A stretch of DNA of 60,344 bases from Macrostomum lignano (Eukaryota), in NCBI GenBank assembly GCA_002269645.1, contig NIVC01002875.1:1-60344 (forward strand), written 5' to 3'. How positions within the stretch are numbered: the stretch's first letter is position 1; each line of letters begins with the position of its first letter. The translations under genes and the position numbers were made by a program. The notes below the pieces were generated by a model, which was given only the letters and a program-made list of their open reading frames with translations, was not told the DNA's origin and searched no databases. Shown here piece after piece: positions 12,401 to 24,400 of the stretch.

Positions 12401-15400
12401 GAGGAAGAGAGGGGAAGGGGAGGAAGAGAGGGGAAGGGGAGGAGAGAGGGGAAGGGGAGGAGAGAGGGGAAGGGGAGGAAGAGAGGGGAAGGGAGGAAGA
12501 GAGGGGAAGGAGAAGAGAGGGGAAGTTGAGGAAGAGAGGGAAGGGGAGGAAGAGAGGGGAAGGGAGGAAGAGAGGGGAAGGGGAGGAAGAGAGGGGAAGG
12601 GGAGGAAGAGAGGGGAAGTTGAGGAAGAGAGGGGAAGGGGAGGAAGAGAGGGGAAGTTGAGGAAGAGAGGGAAGGGGAGGAAGAGAGGGGAAGTTGAGGA
12701 AGAGAGGGGAAGGAAGGAAGAGAGGGGAAGGGGAGGAAGAGAGGGGAAGTTGAGGAAGAGAGGGAAGGGAAGGAAGAGAGGGGAAGGGGAGGAAGAGAGG
12801 GGAAGTTGAGGAAGAGAGGGGAAGGAGGAAGAGAGGGGAAGTTGAGGAAGAGAGGGGAAGGGGAGGAAGAGAGGGGAAGTTGAGGAAGAGAGGGGAAGGG
12901 AGGAAGAGAGGGGAAGGGGAGGAAGAGAGGGAAGGGAAGGAAGAGAGGGGAAGGGGAGGAAGAGAGGGGAAGTTGAGGAAGAGAGGGGAAGGGAAGGAAG
13001 AGAGGGGAAGGGGAGGAAGAGAGGGGAAGTTGAGGAAGAGAGGGGAAGGGGAGGTAGAGAGGGGAAGGGGAGGAAGAGAGGGGAAGTTGAGGAAGAGAGG
13101 GGAAGGGAAGGAAGAGAGGGGAAGGGGAGGAAGAGAGGGGAAGTTGAGGAAGAGAGGGGAAGGGAAGGAAGAGAGGGGAAGGAGGAAGAGAGGGGAAGGA
13201 GGAAGAGAGGGGAAGGGGAGGAAGAGAGGGGAAGTTGAGGAAGAGAGGGGAAGGGGAGGAAGAGAGGGGAAGTTGAGGAAGAGAGGGGAAGGGAGGAAGA
13301 GAGGGGAAGGGAGGAAGAGAGGGAAGGGAAGGAAGAGAGGGGAGGGGAGGAAGAGAGGGGAAGTTGAGGAAGAGAGGGGAAGGGGAGGAAGAGAGGGGAA
13401 GTTGAGGAAGAGAGGGGAAGGGAGGAAGAGAGGGGAAGTTGAGGAAGAGAGGGAAGGGGAGGAAGAGAGGGGAAGTTGAGGAAGAGAGGGGAAGGGAGGA
13501 AGAGAGGGGAAGGGGAGGAAGAGAGGGGAAGTTGAGGAAGAGAGGGAAGGGAAGGAAGAGAGGGGAAGGGGAGGAAGAGAGGGGAAGTTGAGGAAGAGAG
13601 GGGAAGGGGAGGAAGAGAGGGGAAGTTGAGGAAGAGAGGGAAGGGGAGGAAGAGAGGGGAAGTTGAGGAAGAGAGGGGAAGGGAAGGAAGAGAGGGGAAG
13701 GGGAGGAAGAGAGGGGAAGGAGGAAGAGAGGGGAAGGGGAGGAAGAGAGGGGAAGTTGAGGAAGAGAGGGGAAGGGGAGGAAGAGAGGGGAAGGGAAGGA
13801 AGAGAGGGGAAGGGGAGGTAGAAAGGGGAAGGGGAGGAAGAGAGGGGAAGTTGAGGAAGAGAGGGGAAGGGAAGGAAGAGAGGGGAAGTTGAGGAAGAAA
13901 GGGGAAGGGAAGGAAGAGAGGGGAAGGGGAGGAAGAGAGGGGAAGTTGAGGAAGAGAGGGGAAGGGAGGAGAGAGGGGAAGGGGAGGAAGAGAGGGGAAG
14001 GGAGGAAGAGAGGGGAAGGGGAGGAGAGAGGGGAAGGGGAGGAGAGAGGGAAGGGAGGAAGAGAGGGGAAGGGGAGGAAGAGAGGGGAAGTTGAGAAGAG
14101 AGGGGAAGTTGAGGAAGAGAGGGAAGGGAGGAAGAGAGGGGAAGGGGAGGAAGAGAGGGGAAGGGGAGGAAGAGAGGGGAAGGGGAGGAAGAGAGGGGAA
14201 GTTGAGGAAGAGAGGGGAAGGGAGGAAGAGAGGGGAAGTTGAGGAAGAGAGGGAAGGGGAGGAAGAGAGGGGAAGTTGAGGAAGAGAGGGGAAGGGAAGG
14301 AAGAGAGGGGAAGGGGAGGAAGAGAGGGGAAGTTGAGGAAGAGAGGGGAAGGGAGAGAGAGGGGAAGGGGAGGAAGAGAGGGGAAGTTGAGGAAGAGAGG
14401 GGAAGGGAAGGAAGAGAGGGGAAGGGGAGGAAGAGAGGGGAAGGGAGGAAGAGAGGGGAAGGGGAGGAAGAGAGGGGAAGTTGAGGAAGAGAGGGGAAGG
14501 GGAGGAAGAGAGGGGAAGTTGAGGAAGAGAGGGAAGGGAGGAAGAGAGGGGAAGTTGAGGAAGAGAGGGGAAGGGAAGGAAGAGAGGGGAAGGGGAGGAA
14601 GAGAGGGGAAGGGAAGGAAGAGAGGGGAAGGGGAGGAAGAGAGGGGAAGTTGAGGAAGAGAGGGGAAGGGGAGGAAGAGAGGGGAAGGGAAGGAAGAGAG
14701 GGGAAGGGGAGGTAGAAAGGGGAAGGGGAGGAAGAGAGGGGAAGTTGAGGAAGACAGGGGAAGGGAAGGAAGAGAGGGGAAGTTGAGGAAGAAAGGGGAA
14801 GGGAAGGAAGAGAGGGGAAGGGGAGGAAGAGAGGGGAAGTTGAGGAAGAGAGGGGAAGGGGAGGAAGAGAGGGGAAGGGGAGGAAGAGAGGGGAAGGGGA
14901 GGAAGAGAGGGAAGGAGGAGAGAGGGGAAGGGGAGGTAGAGAGGGGAAGGGGAGGAAGAGAGGGGAAGGGGAGGAAGAGAGGGGAAGTTGAGAAAGAGAG
15001 GGGAAGTTGAGGAAGAGAGGGAAGGGGAGGAAGAGAGGGGAAGGGGAGGAAGAGAGGGGAAGGGGAGGAAGAGAGGGGAAGGGGAGGAAGAGAGGGGAAG
15101 TTGAGGAAGAGAGGGGAAGGGGAGGAAGAGAGGGGAAAGTTGAGGAAGAGAGGGAAGGGGAGGAAGAGAGGGGAAGTTGAGGAAGAGAGGGGAAGGGAAG
15201 GAAGAGAGGGGAAGGGGAGGAAGAGAGGGGAAGTTGAGGAAGAGAGGGAAGGGAAGGAAGAGAGGGGAAGGGGAGGAAGAGAGGGGAAGTTGAGGAAGAG
15301 AGGGGAAGGGAAGGAAGAGAGGGGAAGGGGAAGAAGAGAGGGGAAGTTGAGGAAGAGAGGGGAAGGGGAGGTAGAGAGGGGAAGGGGAGGAAGAGAGGGG

Positions 15401-18400
15401 AAGGGGAGGAAGAGAGGGGAAGGGGAGGTAGAGAGGGGAAGGGGAGGTAGAGAGGGGAAGGGGAGGAAGAGAGGGGAAGGGGAGGAAGAGAGGGGAAGTT
15501 GAGGAAGAGAGGGGAAGTTGAGGAAGAGAGGGAAGGGGAGGAAGAGAGGGGAAGGGGAGGAAGAGAGGGGAAGGGGAGGAAGAGAGGGGAAGGGGAGGAA
15601 GAGAGTAGAAGGGGAGGGGAAAGGAAGGGAAAGATAATGGAGTATGAGAACGAGAGGGGAATATATTAAAAAAATCAATATCAGCAATCAAGTGGGGATG
15701 AAAACAAAGACAATGGAGGTAGAGACACTCGCAGAAGATGTGAGCCAACGATTCGAACCTGCACATCGCTGAGCGCCAGCCGAGCCTGATGATAGTCTGG
15801 CGCCAGCTGGATGGTTCTCTCGTAGGCGGCGGCGCAGTCGGCCAGGCGGCCGAGCTCCTTGAGGCACTGGGCGTAGCTCAGCCACACGGCCGCCTTGTCA
15901 GCGCAGGCGCCAGGCTGAAGCAGCCGCTCGAGAATACAGCAGGCCTGGCTGTGCATGCCGGCTCCGGACAGAGCCTCGGCCACGTCCATCAGCAGGTCGC
16001 TGTTCTCCTGAGCCGGCAGCGACACCAGCCGGTCGGTGATGTCCGGGTGGGCGGCGGCCGGACAGGCGAAGCCGGCCAGGGAAATGGCCAGCTTGGCTAG
16101 AAGGTCGGGCAGCAGCGAGTCCGGCACCTCCACGGCGGCGGAGGCGGCTGCCGACTTCAGAGACGAGTCCAGCTCAGCCAGGTTGACGCCAGACTCAAGA
16201 CGGCGAGGCTGGTCGGCAGCGGCAGCAGATGATGAGGCTGAAGCAGATGCTGAAGGGTCCAACGAAAGCGGAGGCAGCAGTAGAGCGACGCCGTAGTGAG
16301 TAACAAGCAGGTGCAGTGCCCTGGCGAACCGGTCCGCGCTGCGGGATGCCATTCGGGGTTTGGGATCTCATATGGCGATCCGGATGAGATCTCAGCATCT
16401 CACAGACAGCCAAATGGGATCTCAGCATCTCACAGACAGCCAAATGGGATCTCAGCATCTCCAGAATTCCAGGTGGGATCTCAGCATCTCACAGAGCGCC
16501 AGATGGGATCTCAGCATCTCCCAGAATGCCAAATTGTATCTCAGCATCTCACAGAGCGCCAGATGGGATCTCAGCATCTCACAGAGAGCCAAATGGGATC
16601 TCAGCATCTCACAGAGAGCCAAATGGGATTTCAGAATCTCACAAAGAGCCAAATGGGATCTCAGCATCTCACAGAGAGCCAAATGGGATTTCAGAATCTC
16701 ACAGAGAGCCAAACGGGATCTCCGAATCTCACAGAGAGCCAGGGGGGGACCTCAGCATCTCACAGACAGCCAAATGGGATCTCAGCATCTCACAGAGAGC
16801 CAGATGGGATCTCAGCATCTCCCAGAATTTCAGGTGGGATCTCAGCATCTCACAGAGAGCCAAATGGGATCTCAGCATCTCACAGAGAGCCAAATGGGAT
16901 CTCAGAATCTCACAGAGAGCCAAATGGGATCTCAGCATCTCACAGAGAGCCAAATGGGATCTCAGCATCTCACAGAGAGCCAAATGGGATTTCAGAATCT
17001 CACAGAGAGCCAAATGGGATTTCAGAACTTCACAGAGAGCCAAATGGGATCTCAGCATCTCACAGAGAGCCAAATGGGATTTCAGAATCTCACAGAGAGC
17101 CAAATGGGATCTCAGCATCTCACAGAGAGCCAAATGGGATTTCAGAATCTCACAGAGAGCCAAACGGGATCTCCGAATCTCACAGAGAGCCAGGGGGACC
17201 TCAGCATCTCACAGAGTGCCAGATGGTATTTAAATGACTCCAGCACGCACCTGGAGCTCTTGAACAGCAGGTCGATGGCAATGTTGGCCTCTGCGTCTGT
17301 GCGCAGCTCTGGGAACCGCTGGAAGGCCACCTCGTAGCAGGCCGCGGCGCGGTCGCAGTCGTCCTGCCTGTAGAAGCCGTCGGCCAGCTCCCTGGCCAGC
17401 TGCAGCGCCTGCTCCGGCTCCATCTCGATGCGACGCAGCACGTCCAGGTAGGCGCGCAGGTAAGCCGAGGTGTCCCCAGCCAGCTTGTACAGCTCCGCCC
17501 GCTCCACCCGCAGCATGTCGCTGTCCGGCCCGCCAATGCGAATGGCGCTGCAGTGTTGGGTTTGGGGATCTGCTGCAGCCTTGTGTCTAACCGCTTCATT
17601 TGTGTCTCACCGCTTCATTTGTGTCTCACCGCTTCATTTGTGTCTCACCGCTTCATTTGTGTCTCACCGCTTCATTTGTGTCTCACCGCTTCATTTGTGT
17701 CTCACCGCTTCATTTGTGTCTCACCGCTTCATTTGTGTCTCACCGCTTCATTTGTGTCTCACCGCTTCATTTGTGTCTCACCGCTCCCCTTGTGTCTCAC
17801 CGCTTCATTTGTGTCTCACCGCTTCATTTGTGTCTCACCGCTTCATTTGTGTCTCACCGCTCCCCTTGTGTCTCACCACTCCTCTTGTGTCTCACCACTC
17901 CTCTTGTGTCTCACCGCTTCATTTGTGTCTCACCGCTTCATTTGTGTCTCACCGCTTCATTTGTGTCTCACCGCTTCATTTGTGTCTCACCACTCCTCTT
18001 GTGTCTCACCGCTTCATTTGTGTCTCACCGCTTCATTTGTGTCTCACCGCTTCATTTGTGTCTCACCGCTTCATTTGTCTCACCGCTTCACTCGTGTCTC
18101 ACCGCTTAATTTGTGTCTCACCGTTTCATTTGTGTCTCACCGCTTCATTTGTGTCTTACGGCTCCATTTGTGTCTCACCGCTTAATTTGTGTCTCACCGT
18201 TTCATTTGTGTCTCACCGCTTCATTTGTGTCTCACCGCTCCCCTTGTGTCTCACCGTTTCATTTGTGTCTCACCGCTTCATTTGTGTCTCACCGCTCCAC
18301 TTGTGTCTCACCGCTTCATTTGTGTCTCACCGCTGAATTTGTGTCTCACCGCTTAATTTGTGTCTCACTGTTTCATTTGTGCCTCACCGTTTCATTTGTG

Positions 18401-21400
18401 TCTCACCGCTCCCCTTGTGTCTCACCACTCCTCTTGTGTCTCACCGCTTCATTTCCCGTGTGGCCATGTGGTCGGGTTCTTCGTCTGGTTTTGGTCTGTT
18501 TAGGCAAGGTTTTCGTACTATTTCCAGACAAAGAACGGAAACCTGGTGAATTGGTCCGGTTTTTCTCTGGTTCTCTTAACCAGACGAAATTCCAGGCGAA
18601 GAACCGGGCGAGTACTGTGGTTTTAAAGGAATTTGCCTGGTTTTCAGCCCGGTTTTTTGCCCGGGCCTTCGTCTGGTTAGGTGCCAGATGAGTAACCGGG
18701 GGACATCCGGAGTAAATCCCGATGCAATATTTTTAGTATAGAATTTTGCCCGGTTTTTTCTCTGGTTCTTCATCCGGACAAAAACCATAGAAGACAACGA
18801 AGGAAGACCAGTGGAAAACCGGACTTCTCTTTTTCTTTTGATGTTTCAAATTTAAACGTTCATGATAATTGCAAAACAAAAGTTTTAAGAAATATAATGC
18901 CTCGCTTTATGTTCCGCAAAAATATGTATTATATAAGTGTATGTGCTTTACATAAATAAATTTCTCTCGCTATGTGCTGCGTTCAAAACAACGTTTTTCT
19001 CAGTGTGTTGTTACTGGTTTAGTCACTGTACGAATCGCTAAGTCAAGTCAACCTAGCTAGTGAATAGTCGTTAGTAGCTAAGAATTCTTACAGAATTGTG
19101 AATAAACCCCTACGAGCTAGAAAGAAAAGAGGTGGGAAGAAAGCACCAAACAATCAAGTACATAGCCCCGCTCTTTAAGTTAACGAATAATGTCGAGTAG
19201 TACTCGAGCTGGCTGGATACGAACTAAATTCAATTGAAGCAGAAAATGGCAAAACTTTCAGAGCATATCTTCACTCTTTACTCTTAACATAACAATGGAG
19301 CAACAAAGACGCGAAAGGCGCTTTTACCAACGGTCGCGCAGACTGCAAGCCAAGCTCGATGCAGCCTGCTTAGGAGACGACTCCACTGAGGGTAATGGCC
19401 GTTCGCGTTCCCCCATCAATCGCAATGTACCAAGTACATCGTGCACCAGCGATCGATATGGCGAAGCCGAGCTAGTTAACATCGGCGACGGCGCAGACGG
19501 GGATGGCACGGACGCACCTGCAGGCAATGAGCCTTACGTGCACGGTGTGTGATAGCTCTCTATTACTTCTACACTGCACCTATATGCCCTGAAACCCGTC
19601 GTTACTGAAATACTTTTAACGCCTTACAGACTCCAGTGACGGTGGCAGTGAGCGTCATCAAAGCGGCGACGAAGTCGAGCCAGTGGACGGCGGCGACGAC
19701 ACTGACAGTAACGACACGGACGATGACGACTACGAGCCTTCGTAGATCTTTGTGATAGCTCTTTATCACCGTTTCACAGAATCAGGGGGAAATTCCTGGC
19801 GAAGAATCGGACGATTTCTCCGGTTTTAAAGGCAGTCTAGTTGAAAACCGGGTTTAGACAGTGTCATTCTTAACTTTTCTTTTCTTCGTTGTTTTTACAC
19901 ACAATCCATGCGCCCTTGACCCCCTTGACCCCGTCCTTACAAGTATACTTATTATGCTCCACAGGCACCAGTGACACCGGTATGGCTGAGTCAGTCGACA
20001 GCGACGACGACCAGGAGCCCGCTCTCGATGCCTGGCTACAGCTGCCGTGGCACAATGGCGAGGCCATCACTGGTTCCGTTGGTGAGGCTGCATGCCTCAT
20101 AAACGACTGCGCCGTTGATCTGGAGATCCCACGCAAAAAGATCACCAGAATTCTACGTCTACTGCACTGTCTCGTCCCTGGTAGTAGACTACCACGCACG
20201 GCAAGAACCATGTGGCGGACACTGAAGTCCGCGCAGAACTTTATTGGTTCAGCAAGTTGCGTCACTGTGTGCAACGAGTGCTACGTTAACTACCTTGGAG
20301 ACTGCAGTCAAAACAGTGGACAGTGCACCTACTGTGGATCAGTCAGTGTCGCCAACTTCTGGGTCTTCAATATCCGCAAGCAAATTCGAACCTACATAGA
20401 GTCGTGTGGACTTTTACAGAATCTGACGTTCCCGGTGGACTTCCGTAGGCCTGCAGACACCATCCACTTCAGCAACGGTCAACTGTACAGAGAGTTTCTA
20501 GAGTCCATAAACCCGGCTTCCAAGTGCGACCTCTCCTACACACTGAGCTCCGACGGCTTTCCATCACGGTCGACAAGTCATGTAGAGGTCTGTCCGGTTT
20601 ACTTGAGCATCAACGAGATTCATGATCGCTTCAAGTTGCGCTACGTGATTATTTGTGGACTCTGGGCTGGAAAGACAAAGGTAAATGCGTCAGCGTTCCT
20701 CCCGGTGGTTGTTAACGGTCCAATTCCTCTACACATCCCAGGCGTCACGTACACTGATACTGATGGACAGAAGCGTACGATACGTCTCCATCCAATACTT
20801 GGTATGTTCGACGCCCCGGCTCGTCGGATGCGCTCTGCATGCGACGAATCCGACGATGCACGGCCATCTATGGATGTGAAAAGTGCTACATCCGTACGCG
20901 CCTGCATCCGTCAGGCTTTGGCCGCGTCTTTGACATCGGGTTAACGCCGGCAATGCAAAATGCTGCTAGACGTCTTGGTTGCCTGCAGACTGTCCTCCGG
21001 AGCATGACAGACACGTGTATATTAGCCGAGCGGCACCTGACGGGTATGGCAACCGGTGTACGGCAACGCAATACGGACACATTAGGCGTCCGAGGACATT
21101 CTCCGTTGGGACGTCTTCCTGGATTCGACTTTATGCGCGGATGCCCGCCGTGTTATCTGCACCAGCTGCTCCTTGGTCTTGTCCGCATGATGATGTATCA
21201 ATTTTTCCTCGTGCGCCACGACAAGCCTGATCGAGGAGAAACAAACTGTCCGGACCTGCACCGACTCCAAAGTCAGGTAAATGAGCAGTTGCTAAGAATC
21301 AGGCTGCCCAGCAACGTCCAACGCCATGCCGTGCGTCTTCTGAGTGACCTGCGCAACTTTCGTGGGCATGAGTATGAAATGTGGGTGCTAGCCTACGGTC

Positions 21401-24400
21401 CCCTGGTTTTAGAGGACTTTCTGCCACCCGACCATTATCAGCATCTGCTAATTTTGTCCGCCGTTGTGTTCTGGATGTCCGCTGATTATGCGCCCACGAG
21501 TGAGTTGCGCCACGTGGAAGTTTCTTTGCGCCACTTCCATGACAAGCTGCATCGATTGTATTCGCTGAAGGCACTGACATACAATGCTCATCAGGTGTGC
21601 TGCCACATGCTGACGTACGTACATCTGGCCGGCGCCGTACACCGCCAGTCGGCTGGTCTTTTTGAAAGCATGCATTTGCGCTTGCAGAAGCGTCTGCATG
21701 GTACGCGACGCACCGACGTTGAGCTGGCCGGTGCGGTGGAACGCCACATCGGCACCATTCAAGCGCGAGCGCGGCTGATTCGTCACGTGCAGCAGGAAGA
21801 AGAGGATCCATTTCGTCGAATCGAAGTACTCAGTCTCCCTGGTGTCGTGCTTCGTCGACCCAAGTCTTGGCAAGTCGGATGGCACAGTGCCACTCTGCAG
21901 TCCGGTTGGACGCTACGAATTTTTAGGCCTGGATGCCGGGATGCGTCCGGCTTTGTGGCTATCGAAGGTGGCACAGTGACGGATTTCCTTTTTTGTCGGC
22001 TGCACTCTATCGAACTGCAAGGCGAGCAGATTCGGCTCGCTGTGTACCTGCTGCCGGTTATTGCAGATGCCGACCCGCTCGAGTTGCTAGCGCAGGTCGC
22101 CACAACGTCACCGGCTCGTGGCTGTCGATTAGCGCATATCAGAAGATTTGCGTGCAACCCATTCGGAGACTTGGGAAACCCCGGCGATTTGATTTACGTT
22201 GGGCTGCAACAGTTTCGGGGCGCCTGCGTGGTGACCGACACCAAAGTAGCTTTACTGCCCCATCCGCAGTTGTGCTACTCGTAGCTACTGCTGTGTAATT
22301 GTGCAACTGACAGTTACTCTTCTTTTAATAATATTAATACTTTACATTTTAGTCTCTGCATTTTACAGTACTTTACATGTTTTTTTGATAAATTAATTTA
22401 TAATTTGTAATTATTTATAAAATTTACAATTTATTTATGATAAATAAATAAATTGATAAATTACAAAGACGATGCGGGCGACTGCAGGCGTAAATTTTCT
22501 TATTTAAAGCCGGTGTTCCTATCAAAATCATTGATTATACTCGTACATTGATAGATAGGCAGACAGACAGACAGACAGGTTGCTTTACCGGATAATAACC
22601 AGACAAAGAAAATAAATACAATAGAGGTACATAGGTATAGCTACATTCAAGCCTAGCAAGTAAAATTAGACACAATCTAAACTATGCTCCATTATCCACT
22701 CCGGACAAGATTTCGCGGAAGCGTCTGCTGGAGGTCGGTGCTGACTCTGATGACGGCAGCGAGACGACAGCTGGCGGCCGCTCACCTTCGCCGCCCACGT
22801 ACACGTGGGAGGATTGCAACCGCCTCCCCCCAGCGCCCCCTCCGTCGTATGAGTCACGGCGTAAAGATGAGCGACGGCGACTGCCAGCACAAACATGCCC
22901 CGACTGCGCTGATTGGTACGCGCAGATGTCGCCAAATAGCCCAGCACGCCGTCTAGCCCAACACGGTCGCCATCGCCACCGCCCAATTGTACAGGCGCCG
23001 AACTTTTTCGCCATTGAAATGCCGCCATCACCACCTCCGGTTCCCATCGAACGTATTACAGTGCGGAAGCGGCGTCGACGCCCACTGAGGGGTCTCTCAC
23101 CCAGACCACGCTCCAAGGATAACGATTGATTAGTGTTTTGCAAAGCCATGGAATTCCATGGAATTCATGAATTTATGCTGCTGCATTTTTTAGTCACTTA
23201 AGGCCACGCAACCAATTCACCAAAAAATATATCGTTAGCAGTTTTCTAGGATAAAGATGTCATCTGCTCTTTACTGCGACGATGACGATGTCTCTGACTT
23301 ATTACTTACAATTACTTACTACTACAGAATAGTTGAGCTAAAGCTATTAGTTCATGTTCACATTCATGTCGTTCATTTCAGCGTCTGGCAATGTCAGACA
23401 CCAGAAAAAAAACTGTCAACGTCGGCAAGTCCAAATCGACGTCGACTGCAAGCAAATCGACTGCCAAATCGAAGTCTACGACTGAAAACTTGCGGCAGAA
23501 TTCGACATCGACGGCCAGTTCACGCAAGCGCCGCGCTGCAGCCGATGACTGTACCGTTGATAAGTCGCAGCGGCTTCTAGATCCGCTCTCCTCAGCTGCC
23601 GCAGTTGAAACCGCCGTGCATGGGCCACAGACTTCTGCGCCAGCTTCTTCATCAGACACGGATCGTCCGGCTGGCCAGAACAATGTTCCGCCTCAGGCCG
23701 ACAGGGATAGTGTTTATGTCGAGCACAACATGGTGCCGTATAAAATTGAGGCAGTGAAGCGTTACTTCATCTTTAAGTACGCTAACTACCATGAGAAGAC
23801 CGAGGTAGTAAGTACGACCGGCGACATCGTCGCCAGAAAGCGTGACTCCCCGAGTCCTGTCGCAGTTGGCAGTGAGGTGCTCGTTGTCACCGCGAAAACA
23901 AATAAGGTGCAAGCCAAAAAATGGCTCGGAAAACTAGTGCGGGGGCCGTTCGCCAAAAAAAACCTCGCGGTCGGTACAGCCGTTTTGGGCAACGTCCACG
24001 CCCCGGCATCCGAACTCCCGCGTTCCTGTGCATCCTGCAGGACGTTCGCCGTCGAGTCCACGCGACAGGCGTCACTTATTGACACCCTGCGTGAGTTCGA
24101 TAATTTTTGGCTGTTCACTTTAATTCATGTAGGTTTGCAATTACTTTGCATTACTGCATTCTTGTAGGGGCCCAGTTAAAGCACTGCACCGATGAGGAGG
24201 CGCGTCAGCGCGAGAGCGTCCGGCAGTTGACGGAGCAGCTGCGCGTGGCCAGCCGTATGGAGCGGACGCTTCTTCAAAAGCTGGAGGACGAGCAGCAGCG
24301 CAACGCCGTCCTGGCGAGCAGCATGCAGCAATGCAATGCACTGCTGATTCAGGGGTCCGAGTTGCTGTGCCAGGTTGGAAACCCTCCTGCGAACCCTCCT

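Noticed and set aside
8746-15766. ORFs of about 2300 aa on the minus strand and many short R/G/E ORFs on the plus strand
   Set aside because: They are translations of the polypurine repeat, which lacks stop codons, and they lie inside a GT-AG intron of GTF3C3.
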